A DNA stretch of 64,000 nucleotides, from positions 58,156,001 to 58,220,000 of the forward strand of contig NC_092350.1 in the NCBI RefSeq assembly GCF_963676685.1, given 5' to 3'. Of this stretch, positions 53,001-64,000 are shown piece after piece (the first letter of the stretch is position 1; each line of letters begins with the position of its first letter). The notes below the pieces were generated by a model. It was not told the origin of the DNA. It did not search any database and worked only from the letters and a program-made list of their open reading frames with translations. This DNA is from Mytilus edulis. Its lineage: Eukaryota. The translations under genes and the position numbers were made by a program.

Positions 53001-53502
53001 GAAAAACAAAGTATGTTACAAATCAATGTTGCATATCTAGTCAATATTCTTGAGTACTTTAATAAGCCTTAAATAACAAATATTACAAAAACAAAAACTT
53101 TAAATAGCTACCAGGACAAACTGATATATTAATGAAATAATAGAAAGATCAAAGTGTCTTGAAACTATTTCTATATCTTTACCATGCAAAATTATTTGTA
53201 TTGAATTGATGACTAAATATAGTTAAAGGATTATCTCAACATCTATAAATCATATCTCTATGAATGTAAGAACAACGTATGGTATAAACAAAGAACGGAA
53301 AGACCACTGCTTTAGAATTCTTTGGTCTATGCACTATATCTTCAAGAGGACAACACTTTTTTTACAAACAAATTTAAAAGGGGTATAACAAATTGTGTTA
53401 TATAACGCGTTTAAAAATTTATATTAAAGAAACACTTTCAAACATAAAAAAATTAAAGAAAAATAAAAAGTGTGACCTTTAGTTATTGATAAGCTTTTAG
53501 AA

Positions 53503-53698
53503 TACTGTAAATTCATTTTATTTGTTTGTAACCAATTTACGAGGATTTCGTTGGTACATTGAAACCACGAATTTAAATGTTCGACGATTTGCAAATTTAC
53601 TGTATGATTAAATGCAGATTTTTGAAAAACCACGAAATCAAATATCCACGAAAATGCAAGTTTTCCAAATCATGAATCAAATAAATGAATCCACAGTA
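53503..53698. mobile_element. TACTGT..ACAGTA MITE
   Basis: tactgtaaattcatt ... aatgaatccacagta. Confidence 0.6.
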
Positions 53699-54089
53699 CA
53701 TATTTGTTATTTATATTCTAATTCGTCAACTCAAACGAATATAAATTATTTAATAAATAAAACAACACATAAATAGGATAAGAGTGCCTACAGCTGTAGC
53801 AGCCTTTTTGGTGTTGGTCGACTGGCATAGGCAAGGATTTCCATACTCCACATGAAAAAATATCTGAAAAACGTGCATATGAAATAGAAATATAATCTAC
53901 TATACTACTAGCTTACAATATAATTCAATGACCTTGCCAGATTTATTTTTCACACTGGCCATGTCAGTGAGACCTTGCCTATTAAATTTGGCCTTGTCAT
54001 CAACACACGACCTTGCCAAAAAATTGGCCTTGTCTTTACTATGCGACTTTGCTCAACAGACTTGTCGTAAATTCTTACGTGAACTCAGC

Positions 54090-56050
54090 GTTCAATCTTA
54101 TAGCTAAAACACTAGAAACGTATTCAGAAGATCCCAACAAGGACTTATTATTCATACCATGAATAAAAATGTTCTGATTTGGTTGAAATTCTAAAACATC
54201 AGTTACATATGGTTGCAAATGAGAACCTCTTTTAAAAATCATTGTCCAAATTTAAAATGACGAGGAAGGCCACTTTGGAACTATCAAAGTGCCTCTAGCC
54301 TTACATAGAATCAAATGTTTAATTGCTCTACAGACAACAGAAATTGGAGGAACAATCCAATTAACTTCATTATTCCAATTTTGCGTGAACGCATCAACTT
54401 CTTCAACACCTGGATTCCAGAATTTAGAATTAAACCTGGGTGATTTTTTATTTAAATTACTCGCAAACCTGTCCACAGTATGCGGACCCCACATATCAGC
54501 TATAAATTAAAAAAAATCTACGCTTGTTCCCCAGTCTTCTATATCAATGATTTTTGAAATATAATCAGCTTTAGTATTTTCAGATCTCGGGATCCAAACA
54601 ACATCTAACGTAATATTCAATTCAGAACACAACTAAAAAATATGCATAGCTATCTCTTGTAAATGTACTTTTGTTCTTACTTTCTGAACAATGAAAACAC
54701 AGTTATTATTATTTGTATGCCATTTAACACATTTATTTCCTAAACGGTTTTTAAAATACATCAATGCCAACAAAATAGCTTGACGTTCTCTCCATGTAGA
54801 ACTCTGTATGGACTCTTGTAAAGTCCACATCTGATGAAAATTATTAGAGTCAATACCTATCGAGTAAGCACCAGCAGCTACATTACTAGCATCGGAATAT
54901 ACAATCACGTGGGGAAAAGAATAACCTGCTAAATGTTTTATGTTCAATCTTAAAATGTTATTCAGCCAAAATGAGAGCTCATTGAATACACAATCGGGAC
55001 ATTCCAATATTAACTTTAAATCCCACTTTACTCTGTTTTCAATAGCCCAGTGTAAATAGCGGGTCATTAAACTAGTTATGTTACCCATGACTGGAAACAT
55101 AGAAGTTACCTTTCCCGTTACCTGAACCAATTTTCGTGCTGTGAAATTAGGAAAGTTATTCAAAACATCAACCAATGATGTTAGGGTATTTTCAATCCGT
55201 CTATCTGATATACTAATTGAAAAATCAGACGAATTCCAAACTAAACCTAACCACTCTAAACATTGGACTGGTTCAAAAATAGATTTGTCCATGTTAATAA
55301 GAAACCCTGCTTCTAACAAAGACGTTTTCACAAAAGATGAACATTCGGAAGCTTCTTGTTTATTTTTACCCATTCCAAGTCCATCATCTAAATGAAGCAC
55401 ACTATCTACGCCATTTTCTCGCCAGTATTTTACGATTGGACGTGAACATTAAGTGAATAGATATGGAGCAGATGAAAGACCAAAGGCTAACACTGTAAAA
55501 CAGTAAAATTTATTGTTCCAGCAAAATCCTTAAGATCAAACTTAAACTGATAGCAATCTTTTGTGAAATAGTTTAAAGCCACTTTCCAGTCTTCAAATTT
55601 TATTCTTTCTTTTTTAATAAAAACATTCAGTTCACTTAAATCCAAAATCAGACGTTTTTTGCTCGAACTTTGAACTGCAACACTAAGCGGACTTACAACA
55701 AATGGTTGAAATGGAGTTTCAATAACACACCCGATATTAAGTAATTCTGAAATTGCTTCATTTACAAATTTAGAATGGACATTAGAAGCTTTGTTATTCT
55801 TAAATGACATAGATGTAGGAGTCTGCAAAAAAGGAATAACGTATCCACTTTTGATAGTATTTATAACGAATTCATTAGCACCTATGTGTTTCCAAAATTG
55901 TATGTGCTTGCGTAAACTATATTTCACCCCTTTTGCGACAGATGAAATATCAATATTATCAAAATATTTTGCATGTGACATAAACAGTTCAAACTGTCCG
56001 TAAAGATTACTTTCATCTAAAAAAGTAGTATAAAAATACTTATCATTAAT
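54090..56050 (-). pseudogene. DIRS pol: RT - RNase H - methyltransferase-like, disrupted
   Basis: GYVIPF, VSPLSV, KKRLILDL, FDLK, LHLDDG (RT), YSDAS and SSTWRE (RNase H), WGPHTVDRFAS..NSKFWNPG..VDAF..W..NWIVPP..PKW (MT). Confidence 0.85.
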
Positions 56051-56855
56051 TCTGTAGCCTTGTTGTCCCTGGGACACCTGGTTTAGTACTGAATAGGAGG
56101 GGGCACTGAGTTCGCCAGTGACCAAGTTGGTTGCAGTTGTAACAGATGTCATGAGATGAGGGTTCCCTCTGTCTGCCGGTCCGAAAGGGCGGCTGTTGGT
56201 AGTTGTTTTGTCTAACGTTATGTTGATTAGGCATAGGTGCAGAAGGAGCAGAAACAGTAGCTGTAGCGGATCTATAAGGATGAGGTCTTTTCTTTTCCTT
56301 AATACTCCTGATGGCACGGGTTTCTGCAGAACGAATGCGCTTCTCATCTTCAGAGTCGAAGGCAAGGTCGTCGCTTTCATATTCACGGACGGTTTTCCAT
56401 CCTGCGGGAGATTTGTCTGCAATGCGGATGAGTTTCTTTCGCTTCTTAACCTTAGGGATAGCTCCAGATACCAATTTAAGACATGCTGTATCTTCATCAG
56501 GAATACGCTTCTGGAGCTTAACAAAGTCGGCCATGATTTCACAATTAAAGTTGAATTATATCTGGTTGCCCTCACCTTTGAGTTTAACTGAAACTTCCTG
56601 CTTGAGTTTGGTAGCAAAATTCTCGTTGCCAACTGTCAAATCTTTGTGTAGAGTAGCGATCTTCCCGTCAAGATAGGTTTTAAACAGAGAGAAAGTATCC
56701 ACCAAGTCGTTATTCCCAGTATGATGTGCAGAAATACCATCACGCAACGAATGTACACTAGTACCAGCTGGCAGAGATTCATGGTCGGAATCTAGAAGTT
56801 TCTCGGAGTCAGACATACCACAATAACGAATGCTGCTACGTTGAACTATAGGCAA
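56046..56855 (-). pseudogene. DIRS gag-like ORF (stop-interrupted), CCHC knuckle
   Basis: KRKKLIRIADKSPAGWKTVREYESDDLAFDSEDEKRIR motif and CYNCNQLGHWRTQC. Confidence 0.8.
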
Positions 56856-57354
56856 ACTTCGAATAACTTAATTTTCTCAAACTTACCTCTTAAGTAATAC
56901 TTAATTATGCTTTTCACGAAAATCATGAGGGCATATACACGTAAAACCGGCAATACGGGTATATGCCATCCAATCAAATTGAACGTAAACACACACCATG
57001 TGTTTGATATAAACACACACACGTGTTTATAGTAAACAATCACTTGACCGTTACAACGTCATGTGACTTAATACCTTTAATAAATATATATATAGATCGA
57101 TTCCACTGATTCAAATTTCATCCCGACACTGTAGAAATTGGCCGAATTAAAACAATTTACTTACAAAGGTCAAGGACGACAGTAATTTCGTCGATTCCTG
57201 AACATGTATATTGTAAAGTTCACATAAATACCAGTGTATCACACATTTAGGATTTCACAATGGACCAAACATAACAATAAATATACCATTGCATTGATAT
57301 ATGCGATATCATAACTAGAATCAACTTAGTCTAATCTTATTTAACAATGTAGAC

Positions 57355-57565
57355 GTCATAGTTTGCTTAGTGGTCTAGGTAGTGAAACTACTGCATCAAT
57401 AGCCTTTCAAGAGTAAAGTTAAATCCTTCACGTGCCAGCTGCCACTACTCCAATCTTAATTGACTAGGATTGTCAGTTTTCATACCGCATGTCGATGGTT
57501 GACAGCCACGAAAAAACTAAATAGTGCTGAAAGTGGCGTTGATTACCAATCAATCAATAAATCAA
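57355..57565 (+). mobile_element. Degenerate SINE upstream of copy B (paralog of 10930-11155)
   Basis: Aligns with 10930-11155 including tail gctgaaagtggcgttga + (AATC)n. Confidence 0.5.
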
Positions 57566-58495
57566 CTAACGTAGAGAGTATTACGTTTATTAATCAACGA
57601 CACTTAAGATTGCAGATTTCAATTTTGTCAGCTTAACTTGATACCTAATGATTTTTTTCTTCTTTAAAAATCCTTAAATCATCATGTTTTGTCAATCTTG
57701 GGACAGAAAAGTCTACATGAGGTACTTCTTTGCAGTGAACATATGACAAAAATTATCCTATGCTGGTTGCAGTCTTGTAAACAGCTTCGTAGGCTTACAT
57801 GCAAAACAGCTGATCTTTGAAGATAAAAAAATAAAAAATGCTACAGAAAAAAAATCATGTTCATATCATGTATGTAATACTGTGTAATTGTGATTTAATT
57901 GATAAAAAGATGGTCAAGCCACGAAGAATGAAAAGTTACGTAACCCTGAAGTCAAAACATTTTTTTTTGGTTTCTGCTTGCTGTTTTTAGTAGACCGCAG
58001 CACTTCCAGTAATTTTGATACCGTTCCACTTCCCTTGATTGATATCCCCCAAAAGATGCAAGTTTGTTTTTAAATCTTTACATATGTTTCAATTTAGCAT
58101 TACCTTTTAATCAAACAGAAAAAAATGAGTCCAGAACAAAATTCTATTTTATCTATCTCCATGTTTTGACATGCACCGGAAACTGGAGTTGTAATACAAG
58201 ACTTGTATCTAAAACGTAAAATTTGGTACAATTTTATTCACATTTTGTGGAATTAAAAAAAATACATACTTTAAAATTGTCTTTCTGGTTTGAAAGACTA
58301 CACGTACAGGTAAAAATTGGCTGAGGTGAAATATATTTGAAGATGTGAAAATGATTTGCATAAGAATACAGATGTTGCACGCCCAAACAAAATTTTGCCT
58401 ATTCAGCAAAATTCAACAAAGATAAACAACATATGTCACTAATTATTGTTTCACACCTACAGCATTCTTCGATTAGATACTTTAATTGCATCTGC

Positions 58496-58561
58496 TATTT
58501 AAGTAGCCACTTCCCTTAAACAAGTTATCTTGTTATCATAGGTCTACTATTACAGATTGCG
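58496..58561 (+). promoter_or_regulatory. Putative TATA-like box and short non-coding first exon of copy B
   Basis: TATTTAAG at 58496-58503, then ~60 nt ending in G|GTAAGT (58562); block conserved upstream of copy A. Confidence 0.45.
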
Positions 58562-58640
58562 GTAAGTGTTCATTTATTTTCTTAGAAACGAAAATCCGTC
58601 TGATCTGAAATTGTCAGCTTTTGTTGTTTGTTCAGATTTT

Positions 58641-59672
58641 TATACGCCCGTCAAAATTTTGACGGGACGTATTATGGTTATACAAATGTCCGGTGTCCGT
58701 CCGTCCGTCCGTCTGTCTGTCTGTCCGGCGTAAACATGTCGCACCGTAACTTTAGAACGACTTATCCAAATTTCATGAAACTTAACATAGTTGTTTCTTA
58801 TGATGGTCAACTGATCTGCATACTTTTTGGTGAAAATAAGATTAAAACTTTTTGAGTTACGGCACAGGGGTGTGTTTTTTTTTACATGTCGCACCGTATC
58901 TCAAAAACAATTCTCGATTATGGCTTAAAACTTTAAACACTTCTTAGTTATATTAATCTTAATATCTGTATACTTTTTGTGATGATTCAAAATTTTATTT
59001 TTGAGTTATTGAGTATTTTGTAAAAAAGGGGGAGGGTTTTTTTACATGTCGCACCATATCTCAAAAACGATTTATGATTATTGCTTAAAACTTTACACAT
59101 GTCTTTGTTATATTAATCTGAAAATCTGTTTACTTTTTGGTGATGATTCAAAATTTCATTTTCGAGTTATTGAGTATTTTGTAAAAAAAAAAGGGGAGTT
59201 TTTTTTTTTACATATTGTGCCATATCTCAAAAACAATTTATAATTATTGCTTAAAACTGTACACACTTCTTTGTTATATTAATCTAAAGATCTGTATACT
59301 TTTTGGTGATGATTCAAAACTTTATTTTGGAGTTATTGAGTATTTTGTTAAACAGGGGAGGTTTTGTTTACATGTCGCGCCGTATCTCAAAAATAATTTA
59401 TGATTATTGCTTAAAACTTTACACACTTCTTTGTTATATGAATCTAAAGATCTGTATTCTTTTTGGTTTTGATTCAGAATTTTATTTTAGTGATATTTAG
59501 TTTTTGTAAAAAAAAAAGAAAAAAAAACAGAGTTGGGGGTTTCACATGTCCCGCCGTGTCTCAAAAACAATATATGGTTATTGCTTAAAACTTTCTCTGA
59601 AACTATTTATGATTATTGCATAAAACTTCCACACAAGACGTCGGGCGTATCATGCGCTCATGGCGCAGCTGT
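58641..59672 (+). mobile_element. Non-autonomous Helentron-type (HINE-like) element in copy B first intron
   Basis: subTIR atacgcccg / cgggcgtat, 5' hairpin cccgtcaaaattttgacggg, (GTCC/GTCT)n, five to six ~165-bp tandem units, 3' hairpin tgcgc..gcgca; absent from copy A. Confidence 0.85.
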
Positions 59673-60699
59673 TTATTAGACACTGAAAACAAAAATATCC
59701 ATTATGTAAATAAACGTAAGGTTATTGACACAATAAAACTGTTCTAAATCTTTTTATATGCTCAATTGGGCCAGTGGGCCAAGTGTTTTTTTTTTCATCA
59801 CTTGGCGGCGTAGTCCGTCCGTAGTCCGTCGTTAACTTTCACAAAAATCTTCTCCTTTTGCATCTACTTTGCCAAATTTAACCAAACTTGGCTATAATCC
59901 TCATTTGAGTATCTTGTTTAAATACGTGTCCAATGACCCGCCAATACACTTTCAATGAGTAATTTGATTGTTAAGAGCTAGCTTTAATAAAAAAGGAGAT
60001 ATGGTATGATTGACAACGAGACAACGATCCATAATTTTTTTAATGAATGGATTTTAGCAATTATGAAAAACTTTACGGCGTTAAATAAATAGAAAACTTA
60101 ATACCGCATAGCCGGCTATACAACACCCCGCCGACATCAATTGATCACAACACATTTGAATATCATAATATATGGGTTAGATAAAAGAACAAGGGGTAGG
60201 TAGAGAAAACAGGAAATTTGATTCTGAAATAATCCTTCAAAATTACATTTGAAATTAAGATAAAAAAAAAAAAAGGAAAAACCCACATAGAGGCATTAAA
60301 GTATTTGACAAAAATTAATAAATATTGCAATGTCTTTTTTTAAGCAATGAGTAATATTAAGGCGTACTGAAAGTTAAGTTAAGTTCACATATAAAGACAT
60401 ATATCATTGTTGTGAGCAGCCTAGAACATAGTGTATATATCTGAATCAACTCAATCATAAGGATAAATAAGTGCCTTTATAGAAAAAAAACAACAAAAAA
60501 ACACCGTCTGTTCGGCTGTTTATTAGTGACTTCGAAGTTGAGTTTCAGCATATTTTAGAAGCTTGAAGCTAGCAATCAAAATTTATCATCTAATGCATAC
60601 AAGTTAAACAAAACTTGCTACTAAATATGAAGCAATATATAATCGATGTTTACAAATTGTCACATTTTTACAAATTTTCTCTTTTAGTATTACAGTATC

Positions 60700-63070
60700 A
60701 TGATGAAATGTTGTTGTTTGATTGTAACCATCTTCTGCGCAATTCGTGTTTCTCATTGCGGAAGTAAGTAACAGTTTATGTTAATTATTAAAGAGGTGGG
60801 TGTTATTACTCATACACTATATAAAACAGAATATGTGATATGATTGCCAATGAGACAACTCTCCACAAGAGACCAAATGACACAGACATGAACATCTATA
60901 GGTCACTGTACAGCCTTCAACAATGAGCTTTACCATACTCAATAAATTACCAAATGACTAAACAAGATGTATGGACTGTTGTTTTGTCTGCCAAAAAGTA
61001 ATTTTGTGACAGGTTCACTACTTAGAATATCTTGGGGCAAAAGTCAAAACCAGTCCCGCTTGCATATTAAGTTGAATATGATTTCACAGCAATACATAAT
61101 TTTATTTATGTGCAAGAGCACGTTAATTTAATCCATTAGACTTGTATACAATAAAGGTGAGGAGACATATAAAGTAGAATACAAAACAAAAGTCTTCAAG
61201 TGTTAATGTTTGAAGACACAATAGGAAAATGCACATAAGCGTAGCTGAAGGTGAAACTCGCTTTTTTATTTCGTATGTGGTGTCCTGGTGGGTTGTCGTA
61301 AATTCACGGAAGGTGTCCGTTGTTATTCTGCGGTTTAAATGTTGTAGTGTACTATTATATTATTTATTGATATACATTTTTCTAGGGTTATCATTTTAAC
61401 GGACATTTTGCCAACATTATTATAAACATGATATAAGTGGGAGGTTTGACTATCCAAAAAACCAGATGTAACCAACCATTTTGTTTTTCAGAAATATGGC
61501 AGTAGTATCACATATTGCGTTTCTAGGTATATTGGCGTTTGCATTTGTTGTAGTTCAGTGTTTCTATTGTTTTTTTTCCTCTCAGAGTTGATGTGTTTAT
61601 CTCGATTTAAGTTTGTTACCTGGATTTGTATTTGCTTAGTCAAGTAATGACTATTGTACAGTGGTAAACAACTGTTGCCTTTATTTAGTTACCGGCATCT
61701 CGATATGGGTTTTTCTGAAACTGATGTAACGAATGTTTCCTTCAATCAAATTCGAGTAAAAAAAACTTAATTCAATGTTTCTGTCAATTAATCAATTAAT
61801 TTATCACAATAAAATGCTGTTTACATGAAGAATTCATCTTATAATTAAAAAACAAAATCGGTATAGTGAGATTTTGTTTTCAATCGATATGAACCTATTG
61901 TTCCTTTTTTTTAAGTCATTAATGCAATGAAGAATTTTACTTAAAGATAATGACTACTAAAATCCAGTTTATTTCCTAAAAAATGTTAATTTCTTATGGT
62001 ATAATGCAGAGTTTCGAGCTTTCAATGTCACATTGTATTTAAGTACTCTACTATTTAGGACTCACTAGAAATTGTCTGACTTCAAATGGTAAATGTGCAA
62101 GAAAAGGTGTTGCTTGTGATGACGCGTTTGGTGAAGGATGGATAGACAAGGGAAAATGTTGTAATGAAAGACCATGTTGTATATATAAATGTCCAAGTAA
62201 GTTAACACAGAAAACATGCGATAGCTCTGGTCCCTTCTATTCAGAAGTCAAACATAGGCATGTATTGGAAAAACATCATGCTGTAAATTAAATTTAACAA
62301 TGTCATATTGTAAGCAACTTGTGTGATAGTTTGTTGGTGTCCTCAAATTCCAAGAACACCAATAAAAGCGAGAAGTTCACGTGTTTGTGAATTGAATTGA
62401 GCCATCATTAAGGATACACCGGAAGAATGAGATTAAATTGTAAGAAGTTATTTAATAATTTCTGCTAAGTTTGGGGATTATAACCCGTTATTTTATAACT
62501 AATTTTTGAACCATAACGATTTGAACACATCGCGATTTGATTTATGTGATCTGAAAAAAATTCAGAAATGGAATCATTTAGTAACTCGTCCTAATAACGG
62601 CTACCTCTGTGCAACTTTGCTTACATGACAGGTTTTTTACATGATTCAAATGACCGATTTCATCCCGTTCTTTGTTTTTTAATCTACAGTTACACCTCTG
62701 CAGCTCATTTGTTTTTTGTTTGTGTTTTTTTGTGGTGTTGCTGTGCATGTATTTACTTTGTGTCATGAAAAGATAACAAATATAATTGTTTTTGTTTTTT
62801 CTAATAATAAATTATTAGTTTCAATTATATCAAAATAAATAATAGACAAACTAAAACAAAACAATAAGATAACTGTGAAGAGAAAGCTATCATAACGAAA
62901 ACCACGACTTAATTTTGAAGTCTAATAGAATTAGTCCATTTTAATGCCTAATCTATATTTATTTTTGCACAGATTTATGTAGAAGTGCAAACTACAGCTG
63001 TGGATTTGAGGATCATTCATGTGTTTTTCAGTTTGATACCCTTGGTGATTATGTATGGTCATATAAAACT
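60700..63070 (+). CDS. Copy B (paralog): secreted defensin-like + MAM protein, 3'-partial (continues beyond window)
   Basis: join(60700-60763,62059-62196,62973-63070,...): MMKCCCLIVTIFCAIRVSHCG-RLTRNCLTSNGKCARKGVACDDAFGEGWIDKGKCCNERPCCIYKCP-NLCRSANYSCGFEDHSCVFQFDTLGDYVWSYKT. Same intron phases as copy A, canonical GTAAGT donors, and the introns also align to copy A. Confidence 0.85.
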
Positions 63071-64000
63071 GTAAGTTTTAAGACAGGTTCTGCATTCTAT
63101 AAAAAAAAACCAAAAAAAAAAAAACCGGTCGATTTACGACCAGTGATAGATGACAAGATGAGAATCGAACGATATCAAAATAAGTATTTAAACTCAAAAA
63201 GCGATTACACAAAATCTTTTTTTAACAAGACGACCTACTTATGTCAGCCAGTAAAATCAAAGTATAGCTATGTTTAGTGCAGATGCATGAACAAACAAAA
63301 TTGACTATTCCGACTAACAACCCCTTTAAACTCCCTACTTTTTTTTCGGTTACAAAAGATAAAATGAATTTGTAAAAAAAATATTTGGCGATTTTATTTC
63401 TACAAACGTTGGCATACTTTTTTAAAATTATGAAATTAGACAACAAGTGAATAAAAATTAAATCAAAAGGGCAAATAGACCCTGGGCGAACAGGTAGTAG
63501 GCGAACAGCTACTAGGGCGAACGTGATTCAGGGCAAACAGATCCAGATTCCTGAATACACGATTATATGTTCAGATGAATTCATAATTAGTATTAAATGC
63601 CTATTCTTTCAAACATTGTTGTGTTGATGAAGCTAAATAACGATTCATTTTATAATTCATATGAATGTGTTACACTAAGCGCAAATAATAAAAATTCTTA
63701 TTTGAAATACGGGGGTAAAATGGAACAGCTCAACATAACCATCTGTATACGGCTTTCACAGTTGATAAAATTACCGTAATTGTCCTTTTGAATCGGAATA
63801 ATTCATGGCAGCCGTAGATTTGTTTTCATTTAACCATGGATTTGGCATTTATATTCGTATTTTTCTACTCGCTAACACTCGGAATAAAATGATCGAATAC
63901 AAATGCTACACCCACTTCTAAATGAAAAAAATCTTTGAAATTCTTCATTATATTGCCCGCCCTTCGTATTCATTTCTACATTTTTCATTAGGCGAGTTTC

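Larger units (their letters stand above)
48433..53400 (+). repeat. Segmental duplicate of ~36650-39800
   Basis: Colinear blocks 36651/48433, 37190/49435, 37690/50570, 38700/52530, 39040/52890. Confidence 0.75.
53702..57085 (-). mobile_element. DIRS/PAT-type tyrosine-recombinase retrotransposon, internally deleted
   Basis: gag-like ORFs with CYNCNQLGHWRTQC, overlapping RT, RNase H and methyltransferase-like region; no recombinase ORF; boundaries approximate. Confidence 0.85.
57270..63200 (+). repeat. Segmental duplicate of ~10830-15950 (gene unit)
   Basis: Upstream region, introns and exons align colinearly with copy A apart from copy-specific TE insertions. Confidence 0.85.

Noticed and set aside
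58860-59600. CRISPR-like or coding repeat array (repeating ORFs MSHHISKTIYDYCLKL)
   Set aside because: Tandem ~165-bp units without unique spacers inside a HINE; eukaryotic context; the ORFs are by-products.

Overview
AT-rich eukaryotic (animal) genomic DNA. The repeat landscape looks like a bivalve mollusc, probably a Mytilus-type mussel (inference). The only host genes I can support are two tandem + strand paralogs that the ORF track largely misses because they are spliced. Each encodes a small secreted protein: signal peptide, beta-defensin-like Cys-rich exon, then a MAM domain. Copy A is complete (CDS 12319-21043, 7 coding exons, 236 aa). Copy B starts at 60700 and runs off the window after 3 coding exons. 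The defensin-like exon differs strongly between the copies in amino acids and in Cys number. The remainder is transposon-rich. It includes a full-length decayed L1/Tx1 LINE with TSD, a DIRS-type retroelement lacking its recombinase, and a five-level nest (Academ > Penelope-type repeat > Helentron-type HINE > KolobokP-like direct-repeat element > Penelope fragment carrying a hammerhead ribozyme). It also has a second hammerhead motif, tRNA-derived SINEs, several MITEs with paralogous empty sites, and local segmental duplications. All alignments and coordinates were read by eye.
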